Below are positions 1 through 12,386 of a stretch of 64,000 nucleotides of DNA, piece after piece (position 1 is the stretch's first letter; each line of letters opens with the position of its first letter). The translations under genes were made by a program, and so were the position numbers. The stretch spans positions 96,482 through 160,481 of the forward strand of contig JBLWGC010000182.1 of assembly GCA_048772705.1 (NCBI GenBank). The letters are read 5' to 3'. Below the pieces are notes generated by a model. That model ran no database searches and was not told where the DNA came from. It saw only the letters and a program-made list of their open reading frames with translations. This stretch comes from Leidyana gryllorum EB-2025a (taxonomy: Eukaryota; Protista; Apicomplexa).

Positions 1-321
1 TGCAAGATCTCCTTAAACGAACAGCGAGCGAGTAATCAGCAAATCGAACGAGCTCCTACTGCGTGTAGGGCTGAGTAATGTATGCGCTTCTTTCCGGTTA
101 GCGGTACGCAATCTGTGAGGAGTGGCATCCCACAAAGGACCAAATTCGTTCGCGCCCGGTCAATCACACATTCGATGGTCGGTCGTGGATAAAAAGCTAG
201 GGCGAAAGGAGGTGATCCGACACACACATGCTGATGTGGGCCCGTTTGAGGGTGCGTTTCCGAGATTTTGCCTTTTTGCGTGCATTACTACTTGCCAAGG
301 TTATAGTGTTCAGTGACCAGG

Positions 322-620
322 ATGGGAGTTTGCGATGAAGTACTTAGCAGAACCAAGGCCATGGAGGTGGGAAATTTTGACTCAGATGTCTGACTTTCGT
401 TCAGGTCCCCACGCAAGGTGACAGGGTGATCCTGATCATAGCTGGAATACTACAATTCCCGTTTCCGGGCATCCCCCTGATAATACACGCCATCATTCAT
501 CAAGACTGGCCAAATTTGTGCATTGGTCTTATGCAACTATTCATTCCATTTGTTGGGTGGTTTTGGGGGTGGATTTGGGGGGCATTGATAATCTATAAGG
601 CTTTTCAGCGTTCGGATTGA
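322..620 (+). CDS. Small membrane protein, Spec3/stumble-like (2 exons; intron 367-404)
   Basis: ATG 322 plus a 38-nt GT-AG intron joins in frame to ORF 426-620. Pattern ILQFPFPGIPLIIHA...IGLMQL..PFVGWFWGWIWG resembles the Spec3/stum hairpin membrane family. Confidence 0.6.
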
Positions 621-753
621 AGGTGCATGCGCGAATGAAAAACCTGTGAAGGGGGAAAATTTTTGTGCGTCTCTGTACTGTGTCCCAGACTGACTTGGCC
701 ATCGCTGACAGGTTACCTGTCACCGGTCGTTCGAGTCGCCTGGCCGACGGGGC

Positions 754-2144
754 ATGCTGTCGCAGGCTGATGACACTAGTAAGCGGGCTTTTCGGGTAGG
801 GTTAGTGGTTTGTTAGTATCGCGCAGCAGGTCTCTGCGAAAGAGAGCTGCTTCCGATGTGAGGAGACCTCCGAAGCGAGCACGGTTGACTCCCTCAACTC
901 TGAAGGCTTTGGCAGAGCGCGAGGAGGGCGGCGAGGACGCAGTGTTGGCGCTGAAGCGGCGAGCTCGTGCTTTGGAGGCTGAACGGAGCCGGAGCACGAT
1001 TGCGGTGGCTGCTGTTGATACGGCTGACGAACGGATTGTGAATGGTCGGCGACGAGGTGCCTTGAACATCAAGCGCATGTGGGCGAAGCCGGAGCAGCAG
1101 CTGCGGGAAAAGGGTCCTTTTCTGCGACGGGTTCTGGCATCAGCCCGGGAGCGAGGCGAGGTGACAGACTTTTCATATGCGTTGTTGCTGGAGGTGCTGG
1201 CAGAGGTGATGGAGGCGCCAGCTTCACCCTCCACAGTTGCCACAACGACCACAAATTCTCCTTCGATGGATGCTGACCCACTAGATTTGGACTTGGTGGA
1301 CGAAGCTGAAGTCGTATTGCCGAGCTCGCAAAACTCCACTCAGCAGCAGCCGTTGTTGAACTCCTCCGAGCTGATGTACCAGTCAGAAGCTGCGGCTCGA
1401 CAGTCGTCCTATAAGCGAGGACATCTCGACCAGGTACACGCGGTGGGCGTGGGTGTGGGTTTAGTGTGTCACTCGCCCTTTGACGCCGCATATGTAGTGA
1501 GTGAGGAGCCACCGCATTACAGCGGACCGAGCAGACGCGAACTGCGTCCGTTGAGGCTGTCCCGCGATGTGATTGACCCTTCCAGTGGTGTTCAAAAGGG
1601 AATGGCTATTCGCGATCTGAACATGCCCGGCTTTGTCCGAGCATTTATTACATCTCTCTGTTCTGGGTTCCAGGGCGAGGCGGACGCTGGTCTGCAGAGA
1701 GCGGCTCTGGAAGCTTTGGCACGGTGTCATTCGCGTCTCCTAGCAGCTGAACACCATCGCGAACAACAACAACAACCCCCTCCTGTCGTTGCTGCCGGTG
1801 GTACTGCTACTGCAGAGACCCCATTCTCGGTCGAAGACCGACAACTACTAAACATCGTGAATGCGTGTTGGGATTTGGGAGTGTGTGAGACCACCAAGGC
1901 GAGGCGCAAAGAGTCAAGCGAGCTCTATAAAAGACTAGCAAGGGCGTTGGATCAACGGGCGGCCCCTGCAGACCGGCTGTTCCAAACCTCCAACAAGTCC
2001 TCTCGACCCCGTACTTACAGAGGCACAGAGCCGCCTCTGTACATGCGGGGCTCACTCTCCAAGCATATGTACGGAGACGGCACCAACATCTTCCGTGGAC
2101 CCCGATACCATACCAGTTTGGCGGCATACGACCCCTATTCATAG
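754..2144 (+). CDS. Hypothetical protein (~450 aa) with basic N-terminus
   Basis: 444-codon open frame 810-2144. A plausible first exon at ATG 754 with a phase-compatible intron 779-816. Arg/Lys-rich N-terminus, short polyT and polyQ tracts, no recognised family. Confidence 0.6.
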
Positions 2145-2244
2145 CAAAAACCAAAAGCGGTGTCTCTCGTGTGTCGTTTGTAAGGCGTTCTTTTGTGAGA
2201 AACGATCAATCTACTAATTATTAGAGCTTCTTTCTTCGTTCCCA

Positions 2245-3676
2245 ATGAGAGAGATCCTGCACGTTCAAGCCGGTCAGTGTGGCAACCAGATCGGAGGGAA
2301 GTTCTGGGAGGTAATTTCCGATGAGCACGCCATCACCCAGGATGGATCCTACGAAGGCGACCAGAACATCCAACTTGAACGCATTCGTGTCTTCTACAAT
2401 GAAGCCTCCAATGGCCGATACGTCCCGAGGGCGGTGCTGGTTGACTTGGAGCCCGGCACCATGGACGCCATCAAAGGTTCACGGTTCGGCCAGCTCTTCC
2501 GACCGGACAATTTTGTCTTTGGGCAGTCGGGTGCGGGCAACTGTTGGGCCAAAGGTTACTACACGGATGGTGCGGAGTTGATCGAGCAGGTCCTCGAGGT
2601 AATCCGTAAGGAAGCTGAGGGCTGTGACTGTCTGCAAGGCTTCCAAGTCACCCAGTCTCTCGGTGGAGGTACTGGTTCCGGACTTGGAACGCTGATGATC
2701 TCGAAAGTTCGCGAGGAGTTCCCCGACAGAATCATGCAGACCTTCTCGGTCTTCCCGAGTCCGAAAGTTTCCGACACTGTGGTTGAGCCGTACAACGCCA
2801 CACTCTCCGTCCATCAGCTGGTGGAAAATGCGGACGCTGTACAAGTGATTGACAACGAAGCCCTCTACGACATTTGTCTTCGCACTTTGAAGCTCACTGC
2901 TCCCAAATACGGTAAGTACCGATCCGAGTTTCAAACGCTTTCACCCCACCACAGGCGACTTGAACCATTTGGTATCGTTTGCCATGTCTGGCGTGACTGC
3001 TGGTCTGCGTTTCCCTGGCCAACTTAACTCTGATCTGCGCAAGATGTGTGTCAACCTGATCCCCTTCCCGAGACTTCACTTCTTCATGATCGGTTTCGCT
3101 CCCTTGTTTGGCCGCGGTGCTGCTCAATACCGCTCTGTGACTGTGCCGGAGCTGACTCAACAACTGTTCGACTCCAAGAATATGATGTGCGCGAGTGATC
3201 CTCGTCACGGCCGTTACCTGACTGCCAACGTTATTTTCCGCGGGAAATTGTCGACAAAGGAGATGGACGACCAAATGCTCAACGTTCAGAACAAGAATTC
3301 CACCTACTTTGTCGAGTGGATCCCCAACAACATCAAATCGGCTGTTTGTGACATTCCTCCCAGAGGACTCGATCTCTCGGCTACTTTCATTGGCAACTCT
3401 ACCGCCATTCAAGAGATGTTCAAACGTGTCAATGAGCAGTTCACTGCTATGTTCAGGAGAAAAGCTTTCTTGCACTGGTAAGGCGGGAGCAGCACCAACA
3501 ACAAAACGCCCCACACTCGCAGGTACATTGGAGAGGGTATGGATGAGATGGAGTTCACAGAGGCAGAATCCAACATGAACGATTTGGTTTCTGAGTATCG
3601 TCAGTACCAAGATGCTGCACTGGATGATGACGAAGCGTACTTGGATGAGGATGAGGGTGGTGCCTATCAACACTAG
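2245..3676 (+). CDS. TUBB: Beta-tubulin, divergent (3 exons; introns 2912-2954, 3478-3522)
   Basis: [67 protein letters not shown]; stop TAG 3674-3676. Confidence 0.98.
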
Positions 3677-3920
3677 AGATAGAATTGTGTCGTTTGCCGC
3701 TAGAGCGGCGGTCTTCTCTCCTTGATCTTGATGATGATGACGACAAACCGTTAGCCATCTATCTGGCTCTCTTTATATATTAGTAGCGGACTCTTTGTCT
3801 CTTTTGAGCACTCTCGTCAAGTCTCGTCCTCAAGTCTCGTCTCAACTCTGGCCAAGTGGTCTCTTTCTGGCCACTCTGTTTCCCCCTCTTTCTCTCTCGC
3901 TCTGTTTCTCTCTCACAATC

Positions 3921-4336
3921 TCAGCTGGTGGTGGTCTCATCGTCTCGTGGACAACGGCACTTTCCCTTTTGTTGGCAACCGCCCGCCGGCTTCTTGTTTT
4001 TCGGTTTGCGGTCGTCATCATCATTGTCTGACTCTGAAGAGGATTCCGAGTCGCTCTCCCCAAACGGACGGGGTTTGTGATATTGGCAACAGACTGTTGA
4101 CGGAGGGACATTATTAGTGGCGGGGATCAGTCTCGGGTCTCAGACTTACTTTTCGATGATTTTCTACCAGCGTGTTCGTTGTCCACCACGTCCTGTGTCC
4201 AACTCACACTTTTCCTCGGCACTTTGAGCTCAATTATAGAGACGTCTCCATCTTGTGGTGGGGATTGCTGCTGCTGCTGCTGTGGTGGAGGCCGAGTAGT
4301 GGTTGAGGTCGCAGTTGCTGCTGTTGTCCTGTTCAT
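3921..4336 (-). CDS. YPI1: Protein phosphatase 1 inhibitor-3 (Ypi1/PPP1R11 family), intron 4094-4149
   Basis: Spliced product contains [40 protein letters not shown] (RVxF-type PP1 docking motif plus the CC motif). Confidence 0.92.
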
Positions 4337-4404
4337 TGGGGTAAAAATTTGTTTGAAGGGGCCGCAGGTAGTGAGCGAGTGTCCAAGAAGAAGGACACAA
4401 TATA

Positions 4405-5941
4405 ATGGTGGGCGCGGAAGCTATGATTGACAAAATATTGAACAGTGGAACTTTGTTAATCACCTCCGAGAGAACTTTCTCAATGAGGACGGCGGCGGAC
4501 AATACGCTTTCAACCGACTTGGAGGGATGAATAATAGTCCACTCGCTCCAGCTGGTGGCGGCAGCCCGGGTGATGGGGAAAGATGGGAAAGATACTTTCG
4601 CTGCTATTCTCCCAGCTTTGCCAATAAACCAGAGTTGGAACGCGGGAATAAGAGTGAGATTACACAGACGAATGTCAACGTCGGCCTGCAATGTATATGT
4701 GACTGCTGTCTATGTGCTGCGTCCGTATACCTTGTCCGAAAAGGAAGATCGGTATGATCACACTTGCTTTTTAGTTCTGCTCCCACAGTCGGCTTTGGAT
4801 AGTCTCGCGAGAATGAACGTATCGTGGCCAATGTTGTTCGAACTCAATGAGACAGCGACTGGCAGAAACACTCACTGCGGCGTCCTTGAGTTCATAGCAG
4901 AAGAAGGCACCTGCAATTTACCTTATTGGGTAGGTGCGATGTGTGCGCAACGTGCGCTCTTCATGAATCCTCATTCCTCAGATGATGAAGAATATATTGG
5001 GTGTAGATGAAGGCGCTCTCATCCGAGTCACCAACACCAGTCTCCAAAAGGGGACATACGTCAAACTCCAACCTGCCACAAGTAACTTCTTGGATATTAC
5101 TAATCCTCGCGCTGTGTAAGCCCCTTTGTGCGACTCTGCTCCCTACAACTCCCGAATCTCTAATGAGACTATCCCCTCTCGAACAACTTTTCGAGCCTTT
5201 GGGAACGCTGTTGAACGTCGTGTTGAACGCTCTGTTATCCCCCCCTTCCTCCTCTCCCTCGCCCCCACACGGCTTTTGACACTGAGTTTCACCTACACAG
5301 ACTGGAGAACGCGTTACGTCATTTTGCTGCGTTGACGACCGGAGACGTCATCTCTATCCCATACAATGATCAGATCTTCGAGATCGAGATTGTCGAAACC
5401 AAGCCGACACGGGCTATCTCGATCATCGAAACGGATGTCGACGTCGACTTTATGCCTCCCAAGGACTATGTTGAACCCGTACCTGTGAACAGAGGCTCGA
5501 CAGTGCCCTCTGAGCCTCTGCCGACTGAGGAAGACGATGACGAGGAGGACGACGAAGATAACCGCCCCCGATTTGTGAGTCACATCATGGGGGGTTCACT
5601 ACTATATATAACCCTCTCAGATGGTCTTTGACGGTTCGGGCAGTCGGTTGGATGGCAAACCTGTCACAGCCGGCGACGAGGCCCAATCGGTTGCTGCAGA
5701 GAGCGAGATGAGTCGCGTAAACCCAGAACCCTGGACCGAACGGATCGACGGAGGTGTTCGGGTGAGTGATCTGCGGCTTTGGACGACTAATGTCTCTGTC
5801 TGTATGTAGCGCAAGAATCAGCGGTACTTGGATCTGGTAGCTAAAGGGCAGGTCAAGCAGTATACGGCTTCTGGGAGTGGGGGTAGTGGTGGACCGTCGA
5901 CCAGCGTGTTTCAAGGGTCAGGTAATCGTCTTGACTTGTGA
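4405..5941 (+). CDS. UFD1: Ubiquitin fusion degradation protein UFD1 (multi-exon)
   Basis: YFRCYSPSF, GNKILLPQSALDSL, THCGVLEFIAEEG, KGTYVKLQP, LENALRHF, SIIETDVDVDF; two SHP-like boxes FDGSGSRL and FQGSGNRL. The start is inferred as a bare ATG exon at 4405 followed by intron 4408-4445. Confidence 0.95.
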
Positions 5942-6548
5942 GAGAGGCTGCTTTGCTAAGAGTGTTCGTTTCACGATGCATTCATTAAGCGATTGGTCGG
6001 TTGGTTGGTTGATTGATGATGAGGAGGATGTAAAAAAACAAAACCGGATTGATAGGTAGAACGTGTGAGCAATCAGGCCGAACGAGCCTGGTCTTCAACA
6101 AAGAGTGTGTCTATTCAATTTGATACTTATATAGACCTCTTGTACACGCATCCTAATTCGCACGATACAGAAGTGATCTCGCGGTCATCAATATATATGA
6201 CCCTTCTGTACCCAATTTTCCTAACATTTGTCAATACATAATATGGGAGTAGCCCTTCAGAAAGATGACAGGCAGAGACGCGATTAAATGGACTCTCGTA
6301 CGGCCGCGTAGTACGGCGCCTAAAAGAGAGCCTGTCCGCAATCTCTGGGAGGGGGAAGAGGAGGCTTTGCAATCTTCCTCTGCGCACTCTCTCGATCTTG
6401 AGACACTATGCTCGGTGAACGGGCCTCCAGATGTGACACTGGAAGGCACCGAACAGAGACCGAGAAAAGGGAGAGGTCGTCCAATTCAGGGATTCAGATA
6501 GATATACCAAACGGTGGGAGGGAGGGAGGAATGAACGAACGGAATTCT

Positions 6549-7823
6549 CTAAGCCAACTTCGCAAGCCACAGACCAGCAGCGATGGCAAAGACCAGCAGC
6601 GAGACAGCCATTGTAGAAGCTCGCGCCTTATCCGCACCCTTGTCCACTGTCTCACTGACGCGACACATGTAAATGGTCGCATACCATCCATTGGAGAGAG
6701 ATAAGCAGGCCATCAACAATACTTGGACACCGTAGTTGTGGAGAATGTTGTCGGGATGAATGTACTTGATAGTAATGAACAGTACCAGCAGGACCACTCT
6801 CAGGGCGTTGAGACCTGTCACAGTCTTCCGTCCGAACAAGAAAACCCCAGCCAGGTTGGGGATATATCGCCCCAGAACATCACCGATTTGGAATACTCCC
6901 GTCAAAATGTCGTTTTCCTTGATGCTGCGTTGCCATCCATAAGGCCCAATATTCGGATATGCCATCATACTGAGACCAATCAGGAAAGCCAACCCAACTT
7001 GCATCAACCAAGTGCTCTTGAACACCATCCAGTAAGGACTGGCTTCCTCGTTCGATGAGGGGTCCCCAACTTGCTCGCTGTTGTTACCCGTGGAGGCCGA
7101 ACGCAACAGACCCTCTTCCGCCTTGGCAGCCAATTGGTCAGCAGACGAGGGGCTGGCCGGGTTTTGGATACGATTTAGCGCAGACTGAACAAACGGCTCC
7201 CGGGTCAGAGTCCAGAAGGCTGTGGCCGATGGAATTGCAAGGAGGGCAGCAATACCAAAGTGACACCATAATGCCCCCTGGATACCGCCGTCGGTCTCGA
7301 CCGAGAATATTGCTTGACTGAACAGCATCCAGAAAGCAAATGTCAAGATACCGCAGGCGCCGTATCCCAAACTGATCCAACCACCGTATTGGCGCGGAAG
7401 GATCACTCCGAAGGCAAAACCGCTGACCTGGACCAACATGGTGGCGAAACCAGCCACACATGCGGAGATGATCAAAAGAGTGATCCCCAGAGTTCCGTCG
7501 ACTTGTGTGGCGATAACAGGGAACAGTAGACACATCACGGCCAACATGATACTCCCAATGAGGTTGTAGCTTCGTTTCAGAGCTCCCTTGTAGGAGAACC
7601 ACAACGATGTCACAAAAGCTATCGTTGAGTAAGATGCAGTGAAAGTATCGCCCAGCCAGCTGGTCCCCTCATATCGCACTAGCACGACACTGTAAAGAGC
7701 GTTCAGAACAGCGTTCCAGTAGTACAAAGCGAAGGTTCCTGTCAACAAAAACGTGAACAGGCATCGGCGATGTTGGCTGGGTGTCATTTGGGTGGCTTTT
7801 GCTTCCTTCTCCACCATTGTCAT
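6549..7823 (-). CDS. Equilibrative nucleoside transporter (ENT family), intronless
   Basis: About 11 hydrophobic segments; YWNAVLNA, YPNIGPYGW, IGDVLGRY and LSNGWYAT match ENT motifs. Confidence 0.88.
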   Translation of the reverse strand: MTMVEKEAKATQMTPSQHRRCLFTFLLTGTFALYYWNAVLNALYSVVLVRYEGTSWLGDTFTASYSTIAFVTSLWFSYKGALKRSYNLIGSIMLAVMCLLFPVIATQVDGTLGITLLIISACVAGFATMLVQVSGFAFGVILPRQYGGWISLGYGACGILTFAFWMLFSQAIFSVETDGGIQGALWCHFGIAALLAIPSATAFWTLTREPFVQSALNRIQNPASPSSADQLAAKAEEGLLRSASTGNNSEQVGDPSSNEEASPYWMVFKSTWLMQVGLAFLIGLSMMAYPNIGPYGWQRSIKENDILTGVFQIGDVLGRYIPNLAGVFLFGRKTVTGLNALRVVLLVLFITIKYIHPDNILHNYGVQVLLMACLSLSNGWYATIYMCRVSETVDKGADKARASTMAVSLLVFAIAAGLWLAKLA

Positions 7824-7916
7824 TATCTTCCCTCTTGGCGAAAACGCTAAAAAAACGCAAAAGATAATTGCTTTCTCTCAACCTGGTATATCCTGCGCTG
7901 GGAGGCAAAACAAAGC

Positions 7917-10900
7917 ATGTCCGAGACCACCTTCCTGTCGGCAGTGCTATTCCTCCTGTTCGCCCTCATCAGTGGATCCCTTATACAATGGTTGGTCTCC
8001 AAAGTAAAGTCGTATAAACCGCCGGTGTCGATTCTATGGTTTGCCTTCGGCATGCTCATTTGTCTTGTTGAAGTACTTGTCGTACCTGAACACAGGGACC
8101 CGGATCATGGACAACTCACACATGTAGATATTAATCCAGAGCATCCATTAGGACTCTTAGGCATTGGTATTGCCGAGGCGTCAAGAGTTCATTCCAGCGT
8201 TCTGTACTATGTCGTGCTCCCTATATTGCTATATGACGCTACGCAACAGATATCGTGGCACCATTTCCGCAAGTCCCTCAAAACCGGCGTATTGCTAGCT
8301 ATTGTGGGGGTGAGCACTCGTGTGTGTGCTGTTCTGTGTATGGTCACTCGATGTCAGGTGGTGTTCCAGGTAGTGGTAATAGGCTTACTGATGCAGTACA
8401 GCTTCACTCGACCAGCTGCCGGCGCCGGAGGCCTATTCGATGCATCTAGCGTCTATGCAAACGAAGACAATGAACTGCACGATCAAGTGGTCAGAGACCT
8501 AGGCCCTGACTTTCCCATCCATAAGAACGATGGAATCTTCCCTCAGCTTGCCTTCAACCTTTCGACCATCAATGAGACATCTCTAGACCTCCCTCCCCCC
8601 GCCGTACCCGCTGCCAGCCGACGAGGATTGGGTTTCCTCTGGCGCGGGCCCAAAGTGCAGCACAAGCATGCTGCACTGGACGACGAGGCAAAAGCACTTG
8701 CACTGCCTCATGTGAGTCGTCTACGTCAGCTCCCTGCCTCATTCTCCGCCACAGGTCCCAACACTATCCTTTTCAATGATGACCTCGGCTGCGGTAGCTT
8801 CTACTGATCCCATCGCAGTGATCAATATTTTGGAGGAAATGGAGGCTCCAGCCCAATTCGCATCGTTATTTGATTCAGAGGCTTTGATTAATGATGGATC
8901 GTCTATCTTCTTGTTTACATTCTTTAAATCCCTCACTCGGGGGAAACAGCAAACATGGCAAGAGTCAATTGGCAGGTTTGCCACCTTGTTGATTGTTGGG
9001 CCCTTATTCGGATTCTTCTCGGCTTCATTGATGTATCGGTGAGATCGGAGCTCCTCGGCGCAACATTCCAATATTCATGTGTTCAGCTGGCTCAAACACT
9101 ATCGTTGGTTCCCTTATGATAAGGTTCGATCGCACACCCGCGTAAACCTTACACCTTAATCTCCCTCCCCTCAGACTTTGGCTGTTGTCTTTGCTTCGTA
9201 CCTGGTGTTCTTCATCGCCGAGATTTATCTGACGACATCCGGACCACTGGCCATCGTGGTATATGGCCTGTATTTCAAAGTGAGTCTCTCTCAATATGTG
9301 GTCCAAGTTTATCACGAGTCAGGCGTATGCAAAAGCGGCTTTCGAAGCTGATGCTGTGGAAGTCCATCACCATTTCGTTCGTGGATGTGCGACAGCAGCC
9401 ACGTCAGTTGTTTTTATCATATCGGGCATTGCCTCGCTGAGAATGATGTGGGATGCTTTGACCTCCCAAGCCAATTTAGCACTCCCCGATGATCTGCCGG
9501 AATTGGAGCCTGAGGGCGTCGGTTTGCCTCAACTCGCCAGAGCTTCTATGGGCCGCGGTCGAGCCTCTTCGGAATTGTGGCGCGTCCCCGTGTTCTACTT
9601 TTATCTACTTGTAGCTCGTTTCCTCATGATAGGCGTATTCTATCCGCTGGTGCGACGCTTCCTCGGTGGTTTCACGTGGAAGGAGTATATTCTGTTGTCG
9701 TGGGGTGGACTGAGAGGCGCAGTGTGCCTCATTCTCGGTCTTCTGATCGAGCAGGATGAGCACATTGATCGTGACCTGTCGGCTTCAGCAGCTCTGTACA
9801 TCGCATCTTCCGCCTTTCTGATCCTCTTCACGAATGGTATCACCTTCGAATGGCTCTACAAACTCCTCAGACCCTACAAGGCCAATGCGTTTAGGAGGGT
9901 GTATCTCAAGAAAGTCATGAAACTGGTGGATAAGGAGTATTACAACGAGGTGGCGCTACTGCAGCAACACTGGCTCTTCGAAAGATCTTGGGCCTTGGTG
10001 TACGCTGACAGACTCATCCCTCGTCTCGGAAGCCTCAATATGGATAAATTTGGGAAGATACACATCTCCTGCCCGCACGCCCCTCGAGTACTCCGAGACT
10101 TTGACGAGCAGGAGCTCGCCAGAGTACTTCCACATCCCGAACCCGCCAGCCGTTTACCGAGCCCTGCGGCTAGCGTGAGACGCGCCGGCGCCGGCTCAGC
10201 CCCCAGCGAAGTACGTATCAACGTCATCTCCCGGTCGAACCCCAGCAGTCCAAGACCTCCTGCCCGAGATGGATCCAAGTCCGTCAGAGGCGAAGAGGTC
10301 ACAGGACACTCAACTGCAGCCGTTCTGCAACGCCTCCGAAGACCACCAGAATCTGGCTTGGATCTGGAGAGCAATCTCCGAGTCTTGAACAACGAGGAAG
10401 AGGAGTTGACAGAAGAAGTCGAGTACATAATTAGTCGTCAAAACTCCAAGCTGGAAGAGGATCACCGACGTCAATTAAGCAGCATCGATAACGAACCCGC
10501 TTCGGGAGATGGAGTACCGCTCGGACCGATACCGAGCTCATCGGTCCCACCGCTGATGGAACTTGGACGATATGGCGAACACCAACAAGTTGGTAACTCG
10601 CGTCAAGACGGGAGTGGAGGGGGCTTAGGCAGCCGCAGGATCCCTGGGTATCGTTATGACTCAATTGTCAGAATACGCTCAGAGCCGTACAGTGGCCTTT
10701 TGGATGCGGCTCAACTCGAACGATGGGAGAGTGTGCTACACCAAGCGGGCGAAACAGGTTGTCTTCGCGATGACCAACGCAACCCTGCAACAGATCGCGT
10801 TCCCAACACCATACCCAGGGCCATGTCGGTTCCACACAATCTCGATGTTCTGGCAGCTGAGCTTGGGGTGGCCTACGAGCAGGATCAAACCACCAATCCC

Positions 10901-11848
10901 CAGCCTTTATTGGCTAAGGATAGGGAAGGAGAGATGCTCATCATGACCATCAACACCATGAGGCAACAATATGCTCATATGTACGAACAATGTTTCATCT
11001 CGGGCACTGTCTTTGTGGGCTTTATGGCTACGGCGGACATCATTGCAGACTTTGCTATGAGTGATCTCAGACGACGAGCACATATGCGATGCCTGGAAGG
11101 AATAGTTTCGGAAGGCCGAAGAAATGCCAGCACCAGATGTGGCTGCAACAAAGTCCACAGAGATGCGTGCGAAAGGCCAGAAGTCATCCAACAGCGAATC
11201 GCTGACCTCACCGGCTTCGAGGTCGAATGGAAGCTCTCAGCAGCAAGGCTTCGGGCAAATACCCGACGCCGTTGGACAATGTGTCAGGCACTATACCACT
11301 TTGTATGCTGCGGAGCGCGCTGGAACAAGAAGACTGTGGCGGTGAGTGACATTCAGGTGGTGCGATGTGCGACTCGTCACTTGCATTCGCAGGCACGGGA
11401 GCGCAGCACACGTCAAAGGAGATGGCGAATGTGGGTCAAAGCCCGGTGGACTTCACTTTGGAGCGCCCTGGGACCCCGTCAGACGTTCCCCGCTCTTGAT
11501 GACCTTCAGCTGATATGCGCATTCGTTGATGTTCACGAGGAATTACTACTGCGTGGAGACTCCGGTCTACGAACAATGCTTGGCCCTCGACTCCTCACTG
11601 CCTTTGAGGACCAAACGCTGAAAGCTAAGCTCACTGTACATTCTTTGATGACCCGATACCCGGATTCCTTCCCATATGCCATGATTTGCCACGCAGCGAT
11701 ATTTCTGCTAAATCTCAAAATTCAACTAACCGAGGAACAATATGAGAGGGGTTTACTGCTTGCAGATGACAAGGAGAAGATTTGTACGGTCCTCAAAGAA
11801 CAGCTGGTAGCTGTATCCAAATTCCACCCACCCTTCCTATTCACTTAG
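7917..11848 (+). CDS. Na+/H+ exchanger, CPA1 family (SOS1/NhaP-like), long cytoplasmic tail, multi-exon
   Basis: VVLPILLYDA, STDPIAVINIL, SEALINDG, TSGPLAIVVYG, WGGLRGAV, NGITFEWL; the fragments join through canonical introns. Confidence 0.92.
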
Positions 11849-11863
11849 TTAGCTACCCAAATT

Positions 11864-11935
11864 GGCTGCTTGGTCTAGTGGTATGATCCTTCCTTAGGGT
11901 GGAAGGAGTCCTGGGTTCGATTCCCAGAGCAGCCC
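11864..11935 (+). tRNA. tRNA-Pro (anticodon AGG)
   Basis: Acceptor stem GGCTGCT/AGCAGCC, A-box TGGTCTAGTGG, anticodon arm CTTCC-TTAGGGT-GGAAG, T-arm CTGGG-TTCGATT-CCCAG; 72 nt, no intron. Confidence 0.96.
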
Positions 11936-12386
11936 ATTCTTGTTTGTGCACTTCGCCCTCTGTCAAGTTGCATGTCACGTAGTACGGGGTATAGAAGCCC
12001 GAGGGAAACCTCGGATAGCTGCTTAGTAGATCGCAGGTCGCGTTTTGTCAGCTCCTTCAGGCTCCCCTTTCTCAATCGCACACGTGTGCGAGACGGTGAG
12101 GTGCGTGGTTCCCTACTGTGTCGATCAGAACGTCCAGGGGACAGTCACCCCCAATTATAGTGCCTTCTTGGGGTACGATGCTACGCTACGCTGTCTATGT
12201 ATTCATTTCTTTCAAGGTGGGGTTGTATACATAACTTGGAAAAGACACATTGAGTTTCATGTGCCCGCGTTCTCAGCATTTTGGAATAAAGGGGTGCCGG
12301 AACTGCATTGATGGGTGCTGCTGTGAGGTATCACACGCTGTGGCCTGATGTGATAGAGGGAGAGCGCACTTCAAATCGAGCTCATT

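Noticed and set aside
624-630. TGCATGC, resembling an ApiAP2-binding motif
   Set aside because: Single imperfect 7-mer, expected by chance in 64 kb.
5942-6548. 600-nt gap between UFD1 and ENT containing short ORFs
   Set aside because: No coherent splice model or motif; probably 3' UTRs, though a small gene cannot be excluded.
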